Assembly (NCBI GenBank): GCA_964427405.1
Contig: CAYRUB010000009.1
Span: forward strand, 5,129-69,128
Direction of reading: 5' to 3'
Source: an uncultured Planctomycetales bacterium
GTDB taxonomy: Bacteria; Omnitrophota; Gorgyraeia; Gygaellales; Profunditerraquicolaceae
DNA: 64,000 bases
Positions within the stretch are counted from its first letter, which is position 1, and the number at the start of each line of letters is the position of its first letter. The notes under the pieces were generated by a model. The model had not been told where the DNA came from, ran no database searches, and worked only from the letters and a program-made list of their open reading frames with translations. Position numbers and translations under genes: made by a program. Of this stretch, positions 48,004 through 57,195 are shown piece by piece.

Positions 48004-50018
48004 AGATACTTTTTATAACCTTAAGCAATATAGGCGACTGCATATTGAGCCTGCCGGTTTTAGACGCATTGCGCAATAAGTATCCTGAAAGCAAAATCAG
48101 TTGTCTCGTCACTGAAAGGCCTAAGGAGATATTTAGAAATAATCCCGCGGTAGATAAGGTAATTATTTTTGATAAACATGCCAGGTTAATAGATAAGATA
48201 AAATTATTTTCCTCTTTGAGTAAAGAAAAATTCGATATAGTTATTGATTTACGCAACAGTTTCTTCGGAGCTTTCTTACCCGCCAAAAAAAGAAGTTCGC
48301 CGCTGCGTTTTATACCCGCTAATTTCAAACATATGAAGGATAAGCATCTTTTCTGGTCTGGTTTTTCCGGCTATCCTTTCAGGGATAAGAAACAGCAATC
48401 GCTGGTTATCGCTCCCGAAGATGTAAATTATATAAATGGTATTTTAAAAGAACGCAAATTATATGGCAGCGCTAAATTAATCGTGGTTGCTCCCGGAGCG
48501 CGGAGCCAGGTTAAACGCTGGGATAAGCATAATTTCAGCCAGCTTTGCAGCCGCCTGATTAAGGATGGCTGGGATGTAGCCTTGGCAGGGGATAAAGCTG
48601 ACGAGCCAATCTGTTCATACATCTGTCAGGGGAATACGGATAAGATTCTTGATCTCTGCGCTAAGACTTCAATCAGCCAGTTAGCTGTTTTACTAAAAAG
48701 TGCCAGGCTTTTGGTTACTAATGACAGCGCGATAATGCATTTAGCTAGTTATCTGGATGTCCCGGTTGCCGCAATATTCGGGCCTACGGATGAAAATAAA
48801 TACGGGCCATGGTCGAAGGATAAGGTAGTGATAAAAAAAGATATCTTCTGCCGGCCGTGTGAAAAGGCCGTGTGCCGTTTTGCCAGCCTTGCATGCTTAT
48901 CTTGTTTGAAGGTTGATGATGTGCTTGAGCAAATAAATTATTTACTTAAAAGCGAAGAGATAGAAGGTATCCGGGATGCCAGCCTAAAATACCGGCGTAT
49001 TCTAATTGTGCGTACTGACCGCATAGGTGATGTGCTGTTGTCTACTCCGGTAATTAAAGCCTTAAGGCAAAAGTATCCCCAGGCTTATATTTCTATGGTA
49101 GTTTCTCCTTATGCCCGGGATATTGTAGAAGCTAATCCGTATCTGGATGAGGTTATAATTTATGATAAAGACATTAAGCATAAAAGCTGGATGCGCTCGT
49201 TCAAATTTGCCAGCAGGTTAAAAAAGAAGAGGTTTGATTTAGCAATAATCCTGCATCCTACCAACCGCATGCATCTAATAGCTTTCCTGGCAGGCATTCC
49301 TTTACGCCTGGGTTATAACCGTAAATTTGGATTCCTGAATAATCTTAGGGAAAAGCATACAAAACAAGAAGGCTTGAGGCATGAGGTGGAATATAACCTG
49401 GATTTACTTAGCGATTTAGGGGTAGGCGGGAATGCCCGGGATTTATTTATGCCGATTAAGACGGAATCAGAGGAGTGGGCCAAGGATTTATTAGCTAGCA
49501 ATGGAATTAAGGATACGGATAAATTATTAGCGATTAACCCGGGGGCAAGCTGCCCTTCAAAGATTTGGCCGGCAGATAGATTTGCGCAGGTTGCTGAAAT
49601 TTTAGCTAAACGGCATAATTTTAGAATCCTGATTGTGGCTGGGGCTAAAGATATCCCCCTGGCAAATATGGTCGCTCAAAAACTAGGAGATAGGGCGTTA
49701 AATCTGTCCGGCAAGACTTCGGTAAGCCATTTGGCCAGTATACTCAAAAGGTGTTCTTTATTTATATCTAATGATTCCGGGCCGGTGCATATTGCTTCAA
49801 GTTTAGGCGTGCCTGTAATTTCTATTTTTGGCCGCAATCAACCCGGGCTTAGCCCGCGGCGCTGGGGCCCGTTAGGCAAGAGGGATAAATACCTGCATAA
49901 AGATGTAGGCTGTATCCAGTGTTTGGCGCATAATTGCAAGAAAGAATTTATCTGCCTTAAGGCAATCAGCGTCGAGGATGTGCTCTCCGCCGCTGAATCA
50001 ATTTTGAAAATTAAATAA
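48000..50018 (+). CDS. Tandem double GT9 heptosyltransferase (two complete GT9 modules in one polypeptide)
   Basis: Module 1 starts ILFITLSNIGDCILS. Module 2 starts RILIVRTDRIGDVLLS. Each ends with a D(S/T)GP(M/V)H(I/L)A block. Confidence 0.7.
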   Translation: MKILFITLSNIGDCILSLPVLDALRNKYPESKISCLVTERPKEIFRNNPAVDKVIIFDKHARLIDKIKLFSSLSKEKFDIVIDLRNSFFGAFLPAKKRSSPLRFIPANFKHMKDKHLFWSGFSGYPFRDKKQQSLVIAPEDVNYINGILKERKLYGSAKLIVVAPGARSQVKRWDKHNFSQLCSRLIKDGWDVALAGDKADEPICSYICQGNTDKILDLCAKTSISQLAVLLKSARLLVTNDSAIMHLASYLDVPVAAIFGPTDENKYGPWSKDKVVIKKDIFCRPCEKAVCRFASLACLSCLKVDDVLEQINYLLKSEEIEGIRDASLKYRRILIVRTDRIGDVLLSTPVIKALRQKYPQAYISMVVSPYARDIVEANPYLDEVIIYDKDIKHKSWMRSFKFASRLKKKRFDLAIILHPTNRMHLIAFLAGIPLRLGYNRKFGFLNNLREKHTKQEGLRHEVEYNLDLLSDLGVGGNARDLFMPIKTESEEWAKDLLASNGIKDTDKLLAINPGASCPSKIWPADRFAQVAEILAKRHNFRILIVAGAKDIPLANMVAQKLGDRALNLSGKTSVSHLASILKRCSLFISNDSGPVHIASSLGVPVISIFGRNQPGLSPRRWGPLGKRDKYLHKDVGCIQCLAHNCKKEFICLKAISVEDVLSAAESILKIK

Positions 50019-50020
50019 TA

Positions 50021-50180
50021 CTGCGTCTGCCTTGGTTTGTTCTTCGCAGGGACGCTCGTTTTGCCCCGGCGTGTCAAAACTTCGCTCGGGTCGGCTGGCG
50101 TCGCTCTCTGACACTAAATATGACGGAACCATGCCCGCTCCTGGCCTCCACGCCCTGCTCAGAATCAAACCAAGTCATCC
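50021..50180 (+). repeat. Copy R3 of the ~160-bp GC-rich repeat family, beginning 3 nt after the stop of the double GT9 gene
   Basis: About 90% identity to R1 (23013-23173) over the full length. Confidence 0.6.
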
Positions 50181-50218
50181 GTTGATATAGCAAATATTTT
50201 GCCGAAAGATATTGTGCA

Positions 50219-50364
50219 GCGTGCATTAGAAATTTTTCGGCATCGCCATCGTAGTTATGTGTGCAAGGCTTTACGGCGAGTGCAGGCAACACCTGATGCG
50301 TAAGGAATCTTGCGCTGCCGGAGCGAGCCGTAAACCGTAGCACACGGCGGAAAATTTCGCACGC
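50219..50364 (+). ncRNA. Candidate structured RNA or leader: three nested helices. Outer helix 50219-50241 pairs with 50346-50364. Middle helix gtgtgcaaggctttacggc (50259-50277) pairs with gccgtaaaccgtagcacac (50327-50345). Inner helix gcaggcaa pairs with ttgcgctgc around a 20-nt loop.
   Basis: Long-range complementarity read directly. A TTGATA -35-like hexamer lies at 50182-50187. The element sits immediately upstream of the DHS-like gene. Unique within the window. Confidence 0.25.
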
Positions 50365-50431
50365 GAACAATACCTTGAGAGCAAAATATTTCTGTTTGAA
50401 TTAGCGTTGAATTGTGATAAAATTATTGCCT

Positions 50432-51361
50432 ATGATTAACTTAAAGAAAGTAAAAAGGTATTCCATTAAAACCCGCTTTAGCAAGGTAAATAAGGGGGAT
50501 TTTGCGCTTGTTCCGGCCAAACTTAAGAGCTTTCGTGGTTTTTTAAGTTCCTTGCCGGATATTTTAAAAGCTAAAGACCTGCGGCAGGTTGCTTCGGACA
50601 TTGCTTCAGCCAGAAAGAAGAAAAAAGCGGTAATCTTTATGGCTGGCGCGCATGTAATAAAGTGCGGGCTTAATCCAATACTGATTGAACTGATCAAAAA
50701 GAAGGTGATCAGTTGCATCTGTCTTAATGGCGCCGGGATCATCCATGATTTTGAGATCGCTTTCCAGGGGAAGACTTCCGAAGATGTTGCCGAAAATCTT
50801 AAAAACGGCAGTTTTGGTATGGGTAAGGAAACCGCTGATTTTATTAACCAGGCGGTTTGCGACGGGGTAAGTGAGGGTTTAGGTTTAGGAAGCGCGGTGG
50901 GAAAAATGATTTCCGATGAGAACCTGCCGAATAAGAATTTAAGCCTGCTTTATAATGCTTATAAATATAAAGTGCCGATATGTGTTTTTGTGGGAATCGG
51001 CACGGATATAATACATCAGCATCCTTCATTTGACGCTGGGCTAACCGCGGAAGGCTCATTGCGTGATTTTCATACCCTTGTTGAGAACATCTGTTTATTA
51101 AACCGGGGCGGAGTGATTTTAAATTTTGGCTCAGCTGTACTTTTACCTGAGGTATTTTTAAAGGCGCTTAACCTGGCACGCAACCTTGGGCATAAGGTTA
51201 AGGATTTTACTACTGCCAATTTTGATATGATTTATCAGTACCGTCCGGCGCAGAATGTGGTGGCTCGTCCGACCAGTTCAGGGGGGCAGGGGTATTATAT
51301 TATCGGGCATCATGAAATAATGCTCCCGCTTTTAGCGCAGGCAGTAATTGAGAAGATATGA
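50432..51361 (+). CDS. Deoxyhypusine synthase-like protein (DHS-like NAD-binding fold)
   Basis: Blocks AVIFMAGAHVIKCGLNPILIELIKKKVISCICLNGAGIIHDFE and VPICVFVGIGTDIIHQHP align by eye with the DHS blocks CTIFLGYTSNLISSGIRE..VDVLVTTAGGVEEDL and IPVFSPALTDGSLGD. Start uncertain: the track ORF begins at GTG 50414, the ATG is at 50432, and there is no clear RBS. Confidence 0.5.
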   Translation: MINLKKVKRYSIKTRFSKVNKGDFALVPAKLKSFRGFLSSLPDILKAKDLRQVASDIASARKKKKAVIFMAGAHVIKCGLNPILIELIKKKVISCICLNGAGIIHDFEIAFQGKTSEDVAENLKNGSFGMGKETADFINQAVCDGVSEGLGLGSAVGKMISDENLPNKNLSLLYNAYKYKVPICVFVGIGTDIIHQHPSFDAGLTAEGSLRDFHTLVENICLLNRGGVILNFGSAVLLPEVFLKALNLARNLGHKVKDFTTANFDMIYQYRPAQNVVARPTSSGGQGYYIIGHHEIMLPLLAQAVIEKI

Positions 51362-52371
51362 AGAACCTAAGAAAGATAATCCGAAACTTTAATAAAGCAA
51401 AGATTTTAGTCATAGGGGATCTGATCCTGGATGAATATATATGGGGTAGCGTAGAGAGAATATCTCCGGAAGCCCCGGTTCCCGTGCTTTGGGCGAATAA
51501 GCGCACCTTTGTCCCTGGAGGCACAGCTAATGTTGCCAATAATATCCGTTCTTTAGGAGCGAAAGTTTCTTTGCTTGGGGTTACGGGAGATGATGCCAAT
51601 TCCAAGATATTATTCGCTGAGCTAAAGAAAAGAAAGATTAATACGCAGGGTATTTTTATAGAGCGCAAAAGGCATACTACTGTAAAAACGCGTATCCTCG
51701 CCGGGCATCAACAGGTGGTAAGGGTGGATTGGGAACATACGCATGACCTGCCGGAAGAATTAAATGCAAAGATCTTAAGATATATTGAGAAAAATATCAG
51801 TTCGTTTGATGCGGTGATTATCGAGGATTATGGCAAGGGGGTAATTAATGTGGAGCTTCTTGGCAAGCTTGTTTCTTTAGCCAAGGCCCACAAGAAGATT
51901 ATTACCGTAGACCCCAAAGAAGAAAATTTCCAGTATTATCATGGAGTAACCGCTATAACTCCTAACCGCAAGGAGCTGGAAAATGCTATCAGAAATCTTA
52001 AAATAAAAGACAACAGCAACAGGTTTAAAATTAATACCGACAGGTTGTTTACGGATAAAGATATTGATTCTGCCGCCAGGCAGATCGCGGAGTATTTAAA
52101 TCTGGATTCTATTTTAGTTACTTTAGGCGAACAGGGGATGAAGCTGCTTGAGAAGAACGGCCGCCTGACGCATATTCCAACCGTAGCGCAAGAGGTTTTT
52201 GATGTATCAGGAGCAGGGGATACGGTAATCAGCAGTTTTACTCTGGCTCTTTGCGCGGGTGCCTCAAAACTTGAAGCAGCGCATATTGCTAATTTCGCCG
52301 CGGGTATTGTTGTGGGTAAATTGGGAACCGCAGTAACAAATTCCCGGGAACTTTTAGAGAGGATTAAATAA
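51358..52371 (+). CDS. hldA: D-glycero-beta-D-manno-heptose-7-phosphate kinase (RfaE domain I / HldA, PfkB family)
   Basis: ILVIGDLILDEY N-terminus. PfkB GAGD motif (DVSGAGDTVIS). Kinase domain only, with no adenylyltransferase domain. Confidence 0.75.
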   Translation: MKNLRKIIRNFNKAKILVIGDLILDEYIWGSVERISPEAPVPVLWANKRTFVPGGTANVANNIRSLGAKVSLLGVTGDDANSKILFAELKKRKINTQGIFIERKRHTTVKTRILAGHQQVVRVDWEHTHDLPEELNAKILRYIEKNISSFDAVIIEDYGKGVINVELLGKLVSLAKAHKKIITVDPKEENFQYYHGVTAITPNRKELENAIRNLKIKDNSNRFKINTDRLFTDKDIDSAARQIAEYLNLDSILVTLGEQGMKLLEKNGRLTHIPTVAQEVFDVSGAGDTVISSFTLALCAGASKLEAAHIANFAAGIVVGKLGTAVTNSRELLERIK

Positions 52372-52372
52372 A

Positions 52373-53113
52373 ATGGATGTAATCGGAGTTATACCGGCCA
52401 GGTATTCATCTACCAGGTTTAAGGGTAAGGTCTTGGTGGATATTATGGGTAAGCCTATGTTGCAGCATGTCTGGGAAAGGGCTAAAGCAAGCCGCATGCT
52501 GGATGATTTGATTATTGCTTGTGACGATGAAATAATCCAAAAGGCTGCTGTTGAATTCGGAGCTAAAACAGTGATGACTTCTAAAGAGCATACCTGTGGT
52601 ACTGACAGGATCAGTGAAGTAGTTAATCCCCTGGACGTCAAAGTCGTTATTAATATCCAGGGTGATGAGCCTTTGATTCATCCGATGATGATTGACAGCC
52701 TCGCACGCGCTTTATTAGAAAACAGTTCTCTTAGCATGGCGACAATTATGAAGAGGATTGAAGATCCGGCGGAGATAACTGATCCAAACGTGGTAAAGGT
52801 AGTGGTGGACAAGAATAATCTCGCCCTGTATTTTTCACGCGCGCCTATTCCGTATTTAGCGCCTAACGCCGAAATTAAAGAGGCAACTTATTATAAACAT
52901 ATCGGCCTTTATGGCTATACCAAAGATTTTCTTTTTACTTATAAGAATTTGCCTGTTTCTAACCTTGAGAGAACGGAGAAACTTGAGCAATTGCGTGTTT
53001 TAGCCGAGGGATTTAAAATTAAGGTGATCGAAACTAAATTTGATACCATAAGCGTGGATACTCCTGAGGATTTAGAGAGGGTCAAGGTTTTATTACAAAA
53101 GGGGATAAACTAA
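52373..53113 (+). CDS. kdsB: 3-deoxy-manno-octulosonate cytidylyltransferase (CMP-Kdo synthetase)
   Basis: IPARYSSTRFKGK N-terminus and conserved KdsB blocks. Confidence 0.85.
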   Translation: MDVIGVIPARYSSTRFKGKVLVDIMGKPMLQHVWERAKASRMLDDLIIACDDEIIQKAAVEFGAKTVMTSKEHTCGTDRISEVVNPLDVKVVINIQGDEPLIHPMMIDSLARALLENSSLSMATIMKRIEDPAEITDPNVVKVVVDKNNLALYFSRAPIPYLAPNAEIKEATYYKHIGLYGYTKDFLFTYKNLPVSNLERTEKLEQLRVLAEGFKIKVIETKFDTISVDTPEDLERVKVLLQKGIN

Positions 53114-53926
53114 ATGCGCCAGGTGAATGTGGGAAATATAAAATTTGGGGATAAATTTCCGCTGGTACTTATTGCCGGGCCCTGTGTTATTGAATCGGAA
53201 AGTTCCTGCCTTGAAGCCGCCAGAAAGATTAAGGCTATTGCGGCGTCATGCGGAGTACCTTTTATATTCAAGTCTAGCTTTGATAAAGCCAATCGTCTTT
53301 CCGTTGATTCTTATCGCGGCCCGGGATTAAGCAAGGGGTTGGTTATTTTAAAGAAAGTAAAGCAGCAACTTAAAGTTCCTATTTTGAGTGATGTGCATTG
53401 CGCAAAAGATATGGCTGCGGCAGCTAAGGTGTTGGATATTATTCAGATCCCGGCATTTTTGTGCCGTCAGACAGATATTGTGTTGGCTGCGGCAAGAACC
53501 GGCAAAGTGGTGAATATCAAAAAAGGGCAGTTCCTGGCTCCCTGGGATGTCCTGCCGATAATCAAAAAGGTTGAATCCGCCGGAAATAAAAATATTTTGA
53601 TCACGGAAAGAGGGGTAAGTTTTGGCTATAATAACCTGGTTACGGATTACCGGGCTCTTTCGATTATGCGCGGGTTTGGCTATCCGGTAATTTACGATGC
53701 TACACACAGCGTACAGCTTCCCGGAGGAAAAGGTGCTTGTTCAGGCGGCCAGAGTGAATTTGTCTCCGGGCTTTCCAGGGCAGCTGTGGCTTTTGGTTGC
53801 GACGGCCTATTTTTAGAGGTGCATATTGATCCTAAAACAGCGCCATGCGACGGGCCAAATATGATTAATTTTAAAGAATTAGAAAACCTGTTAAAACAAA
53901 TCAAAAAAATTGAGCGTGCATTATGA
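53114..53926 (+). CDS. kdsA: 2-dehydro-3-deoxyphosphooctonate aldolase (Kdo-8-P synthase)
   Basis: LIAGPCVIES, FKSSFDKANR and LCRQTD motifs. Confidence 0.9.
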   Translation: MRQVNVGNIKFGDKFPLVLIAGPCVIESESSCLEAARKIKAIAASCGVPFIFKSSFDKANRLSVDSYRGPGLSKGLVILKKVKQQLKVPILSDVHCAKDMAAAAKVLDIIQIPAFLCRQTDIVLAAARTGKVVNIKKGQFLAPWDVLPIIKKVESAGNKNILITERGVSFGYNNLVTDYRALSIMRGFGYPVIYDATHSVQLPGGKGACSGGQSEFVSGLSRAAVAFGCDGLFLEVHIDPKTAPCDGPNMINFKELENLLKQIKKIERAL

Positions 53927-54891
53927 AAATAAATGTGATTAAGCGGGCAAAAGAGGTTTTGGATATTGAGGCAGATGCGGTAAGATTGTTGAAAGGCCGG
54001 CTGAATAAAGGGTTTGTAAAGGCAGTTGAATTGATCCTCAAGAATAAGGGAAGGGTAGTGGTCAGCGGTATGGGTAAGACAGGTATTATCGCGCAAAAAC
54101 TTTCCGCCACCCTTGCCTCTACCGGTACTCCTAGTTTATTCTTGCATACCGCAGAGGCGATCCATGGTGACTTGGGAAAAGTTACGGCAGATGATGTTGT
54201 AGTCATTCTTTCTAACAGCGGCTCTACCGAAGAGATGAAGCAATTGCTTCCTATACTTAAAAAGATAGGCTCCCCGATTATATCGCTTACGGGAAATTTA
54301 AAATCCGTGCTTGCTAAATACAGCGATGTAGTTTTGGATGTTTCAGTTAAAAAAGAGGCCTGCCCATTAGGTCTGGCACCTACTGCTTCTACCACTGCTA
54401 CCTTGGCAATGGCGGATGCTTTGGCGGTTTGTTTACTTGAGCTAAAAGGTTTTAAAGAAAAAGATTTTGCTTTTTTCCATCCCGGCGGGGCTTTAGGCAA
54501 GCGGCTGCTTTTAAAGGTTGAGGATATCATGCGCCGGGCAGGCGCTAATGCCGTGGTAGATGAAAATAAAAAAGTTTCACAGGTCTTATGCGCGATTACC
54601 CGCGCAAGGGCAGGTTCAGCTACGGTTGTAGACAAGCAGGGTAAGCTAAAGGGGATTTTTACCGATGGAGATCTGCGCCGGCATCTAGATACTGATGGGA
54701 ATTTGGCGCAGCGCTTGATCAAAGAAGTAATGACTAAAAATCCTACAGTAGTAGATAAAGATATGCTGGCTGCCGAGGCAATGCGTATATTGCAGGTTAA
54801 GAAAATAGACGAGGTTCCTGTAGTAGATAAATTTATGCGTCCGGTGGGCCTGCTGGATGTGCAGGACCTGCTTAGGGCAGGGTTGGTTTAA
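53923..54891 (+). CDS. kdsD: Arabinose-5-phosphate isomerase (KdsD/KpsF/GutQ, SIS + tandem CBS)
   Basis: SIS motif VVVSGMGKTGIIAQK. C-terminal CBS pair. Confidence 0.85.
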   Translation: MKINVIKRAKEVLDIEADAVRLLKGRLNKGFVKAVELILKNKGRVVVSGMGKTGIIAQKLSATLASTGTPSLFLHTAEAIHGDLGKVTADDVVVILSNSGSTEEMKQLLPILKKIGSPIISLTGNLKSVLAKYSDVVLDVSVKKEACPLGLAPTASTTATLAMADALAVCLLELKGFKEKDFAFFHPGGALGKRLLLKVEDIMRRAGANAVVDENKKVSQVLCAITRARAGSATVVDKQGKLKGIFTDGDLRRHLDTDGNLAQRLIKEVMTKNPTVVDKDMLAAEAMRILQVKKIDEVPVVDKFMRPVGLLDVQDLLRAGLV

Positions 54892-54893
54892 CT

Positions 54894-55436
54894 ATGCCTA
54901 ATGAAATAACAAAAGAAGAATTAACCAGCCGCCTGCGAAAAGTCAAGCTGCTCCTTTTGGATGTCGACGGGGTTTTGACTGACGGCAGGATAGTCTACGA
55001 TTCCAGGGGCAGCGAGCTTAAATTTTTTGATGTACATGACGGGTTAGGGGTATTTGTATTACATAAAGCTGGGATTTCTACTATTTTGATTACAGCTAAA
55101 GGCTCTAAGACTATCCGGCCGCGCGCCAGGGATATGCGGGTGGCGGAAGTTTTTGCCGATGTTTTCCCTAAGACCGCGGTACTGGATAAGATTATCAAGA
55201 AATATAAAGTTTCTATAGATGAAATTTGTTTTGTGGCGGATGACTTGGTGGATCTGTCGCTTATGCGAAGAGTAGGTTTGCCGATAGCCGTTGGGAATGC
55301 CTCCGGTGAAATAAAAGAGGCCGCAGTTTATATAACTAATCATACGGGCGGACGTGGAGCTGTCAGAGAAATCTCCGAGATGATCCTTAAGTCGCAGGGT
55401 AAATGGGAAGATATTTTAAAATTTTATGGAGTTTAA
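54894..55436 (+). CDS. kdsC: Kdo-8-phosphate phosphatase (HAD)
   Basis: LLLLDVDGVLTDG motif. Size 180 aa. Confidence 0.8.
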   Translation: MPNEITKEELTSRLRKVKLLLLDVDGVLTDGRIVYDSRGSELKFFDVHDGLGVFVLHKAGISTILITAKGSKTIRPRARDMRVAEVFADVFPKTAVLDKIIKKYKVSIDEICFVADDLVDLSLMRRVGLPIAVGNASGEIKEAAVYITNHTGGRGAVREISEMILKSQGKWEDILKFYGV

Positions 55437-56322
55437 GAAGTCTGTATTTTTAATCCTGGCGTCTATATTTTTTTACGGTAGCTCTTTCGCGGTTGAAACC
55501 AATATAGCAGCTAAAGAATCTAAAGATTCTGATCAGCAGATCGGCGATTTCTCCCTTTCAGGATATGGCGAAAAAGGGAAAAAATCCTGGGATCTGTCCG
55601 GAAAATCAGCAGATATATTTAATGAAGTAGTCAAACTTAAAGAGGTAGTGGGCAATCATTACGCGGACAAAGACAGTATTAACCTTACCGCCGATAACGG
55701 CGATTTTAATAAGAATAGCGGAGTTGTGCATTTAGAAAATAATGTGGTAATTACCACCTCCAGCGGAGCAAAACTAACTACTAATTCCCTGGATTGGGAT
55801 CGCAAGCAGCAGATAGTCAGCACTTTGGATAAGGTTAGCCTTCAGCGTTCGGATATGAATCTTACCGGTGAAGGCGCCAAGGGGCAGACCGCGCTTAAGC
55901 AGGTGGCATTGGAAAAAAATGTGCGTTTGGATATTGAACCTTTAGATAAACAAAAGGCCAAAAAGGAAAAAATTGTAATTATCTGCGATGGCCCTCTTGA
56001 GGTGGATTATGAAAAAAATATTGCCATATTTAATAATAATGTTAAAGTAGAAACGCCGGATTCAACCATTTATAGCGATAAAATGCAGGTTTATTTTACT
56101 GCGAAACAAGAAGGGGCTAAGAAGGGCGAAGGGGCTGCGGTGATGTCCAGCTCTATTAATAGGATTGTTGCCCAAGGGAATGTGCGTATATTACGCGGCG
56201 AAAATACTTCTTATAGCCAGGAGGCGGTCTATACTGCTTTGGATAAGAGAATAGTTTTGACCGGCAGGCCTCATATAGAGATTTATCAGACGGAGAATAT
56301 GAATGCAGCTTTTGGAAACTAA
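55426..56322 (+). CDS. LptC/LptA-family (OstA-like beta-jellyroll) LPS transport protein, possibly an LptC-LptA fusion
   Basis: N-terminal anchor, then two OstA-like segments. Located between kdsC and lptB, as lptC-lptA are in other diderms. Confidence 0.5.
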   Translation: MEFKKSVFLILASIFFYGSSFAVETNIAAKESKDSDQQIGDFSLSGYGEKGKKSWDLSGKSADIFNEVVKLKEVVGNHYADKDSINLTADNGDFNKNSGVVHLENNVVITTSSGAKLTTNSLDWDRKQQIVSTLDKVSLQRSDMNLTGEGAKGQTALKQVALEKNVRLDIEPLDKQKAKKEKIVIICDGPLEVDYEKNIAIFNNNVKVETPDSTIYSDKMQVYFTAKQEGAKKGEGAAVMSSSINRIVAQGNVRILRGENTSYSQEAVYTALDKRIVLTGRPHIEIYQTENMNAAFGN

Positions 56323-57025
56323 GGGCTTAGCTAAATCATACGATGGTCGGACTGTTGTTAATGGCGTAGACATTACGGTTAAGCGCGGTGAAATTGTCGG
56401 TTTGCTGGGGCCTAATGGGGCGGGAAAGACCACGACTTTTTATATGATCGTAGGCATTGTGCCCCCAAATCGCGGCACAATTGTCTTTGACAATCATGAC
56501 ATTACGAATCTGCCTATTCATGAGCGCGCGCGTTTTGGCATAGGTTATCTTTCGCAGGAGGCCTCAATATTCCGTAAGCTGACGGTTGCAGAAAATATAA
56601 ATGCAATCCTGGAAACCCTGCCTTTGAGCCGTACGCAGAGAAAACGCAGGCTGATTTCCTTACTTGAAGAATTAAATATCGCGCATTTAGCGAAAAATAA
56701 GGCGTATACCTTAAGTGGAGGGGAAAGGCGCAGGCTTGAGATTACCCGTGCCTTGGTAACTAACCCTTCTTTTATACTTTTAGATGAGCCTTTTTCCGGC
56801 ATTGACCCTATAGTAGTCAATGAGGCCCAGGAGATTATCAAAGAATTAAAAGCAAAGGGATTGGGTATTTTATTAACCGATCATAATGTGCGCGAGACCT
56901 TGGCTATAACTGATCGGGCTTATTTGATTGCTGATGGAGCGATTCTTATATCAGGTTCGGCGCATGAGTTGATCAGCCATCCGCGCGCGCGCGAGGTTTA
57001 TTTAGGTGAAAAATTTAGAATGTGA
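56303..57025 (+). CDS. lptB: LPS export ABC transporter ATPase
   Basis: Walker A GPNGAGKTTTF, ABC signature LSGGERRRLE, Walker B ILLDEPFSG. Confidence 0.9.
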   Translation: MQLLETKGLAKSYDGRTVVNGVDITVKRGEIVGLLGPNGAGKTTTFYMIVGIVPPNRGTIVFDNHDITNLPIHERARFGIGYLSQEASIFRKLTVAENINAILETLPLSRTQRKRRLISLLEELNIAHLAKNKAYTLSGGERRRLEITRALVTNPSFILLDEPFSGIDPIVVNEAQEIIKELKAKGLGILLTDHNVRETLAITDRAYLIADGAILISGSAHELISHPRAREVYLGEKFRM

Positions 57026-57100
57026 TTTCGCCCTCTTCTTGAGGAAGCGAAATCATCCCCGCTGGTTGTACTGCCTTATTTTTGTAATCAGTACGCGGGG
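57024..57100 (+). terminator. Two tandem hairpins after lptB. The first is gatttcgc-cctcttcttgaggaa-gcgaaatc, with a nested cctc/gagg stem. The second is ccccgc...gtactg-N15-cagtac...gcgggg.
   Basis: Inverted repeats read directly. No strong U-tract. Confidence 0.4.
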
Positions 57101-57195
57101 ATATTGAATAAGTAGCATCTAAGCGGGTATTGAGTTAATCATAAAGTAAGAGGTAGGGTAAACATATTACATAAATAAAACAGGAAAGGATTCAA

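Noticed and set aside
50219-50364. Classification of the nested-helix element as 6S RNA
   Set aside because: 6S RNA has a long helix with a large central bubble. This element has three stacked helices without an obvious open-promoter-like bubble, and it is not in a typical 6S context. It is kept only as an unclassified structured candidate.
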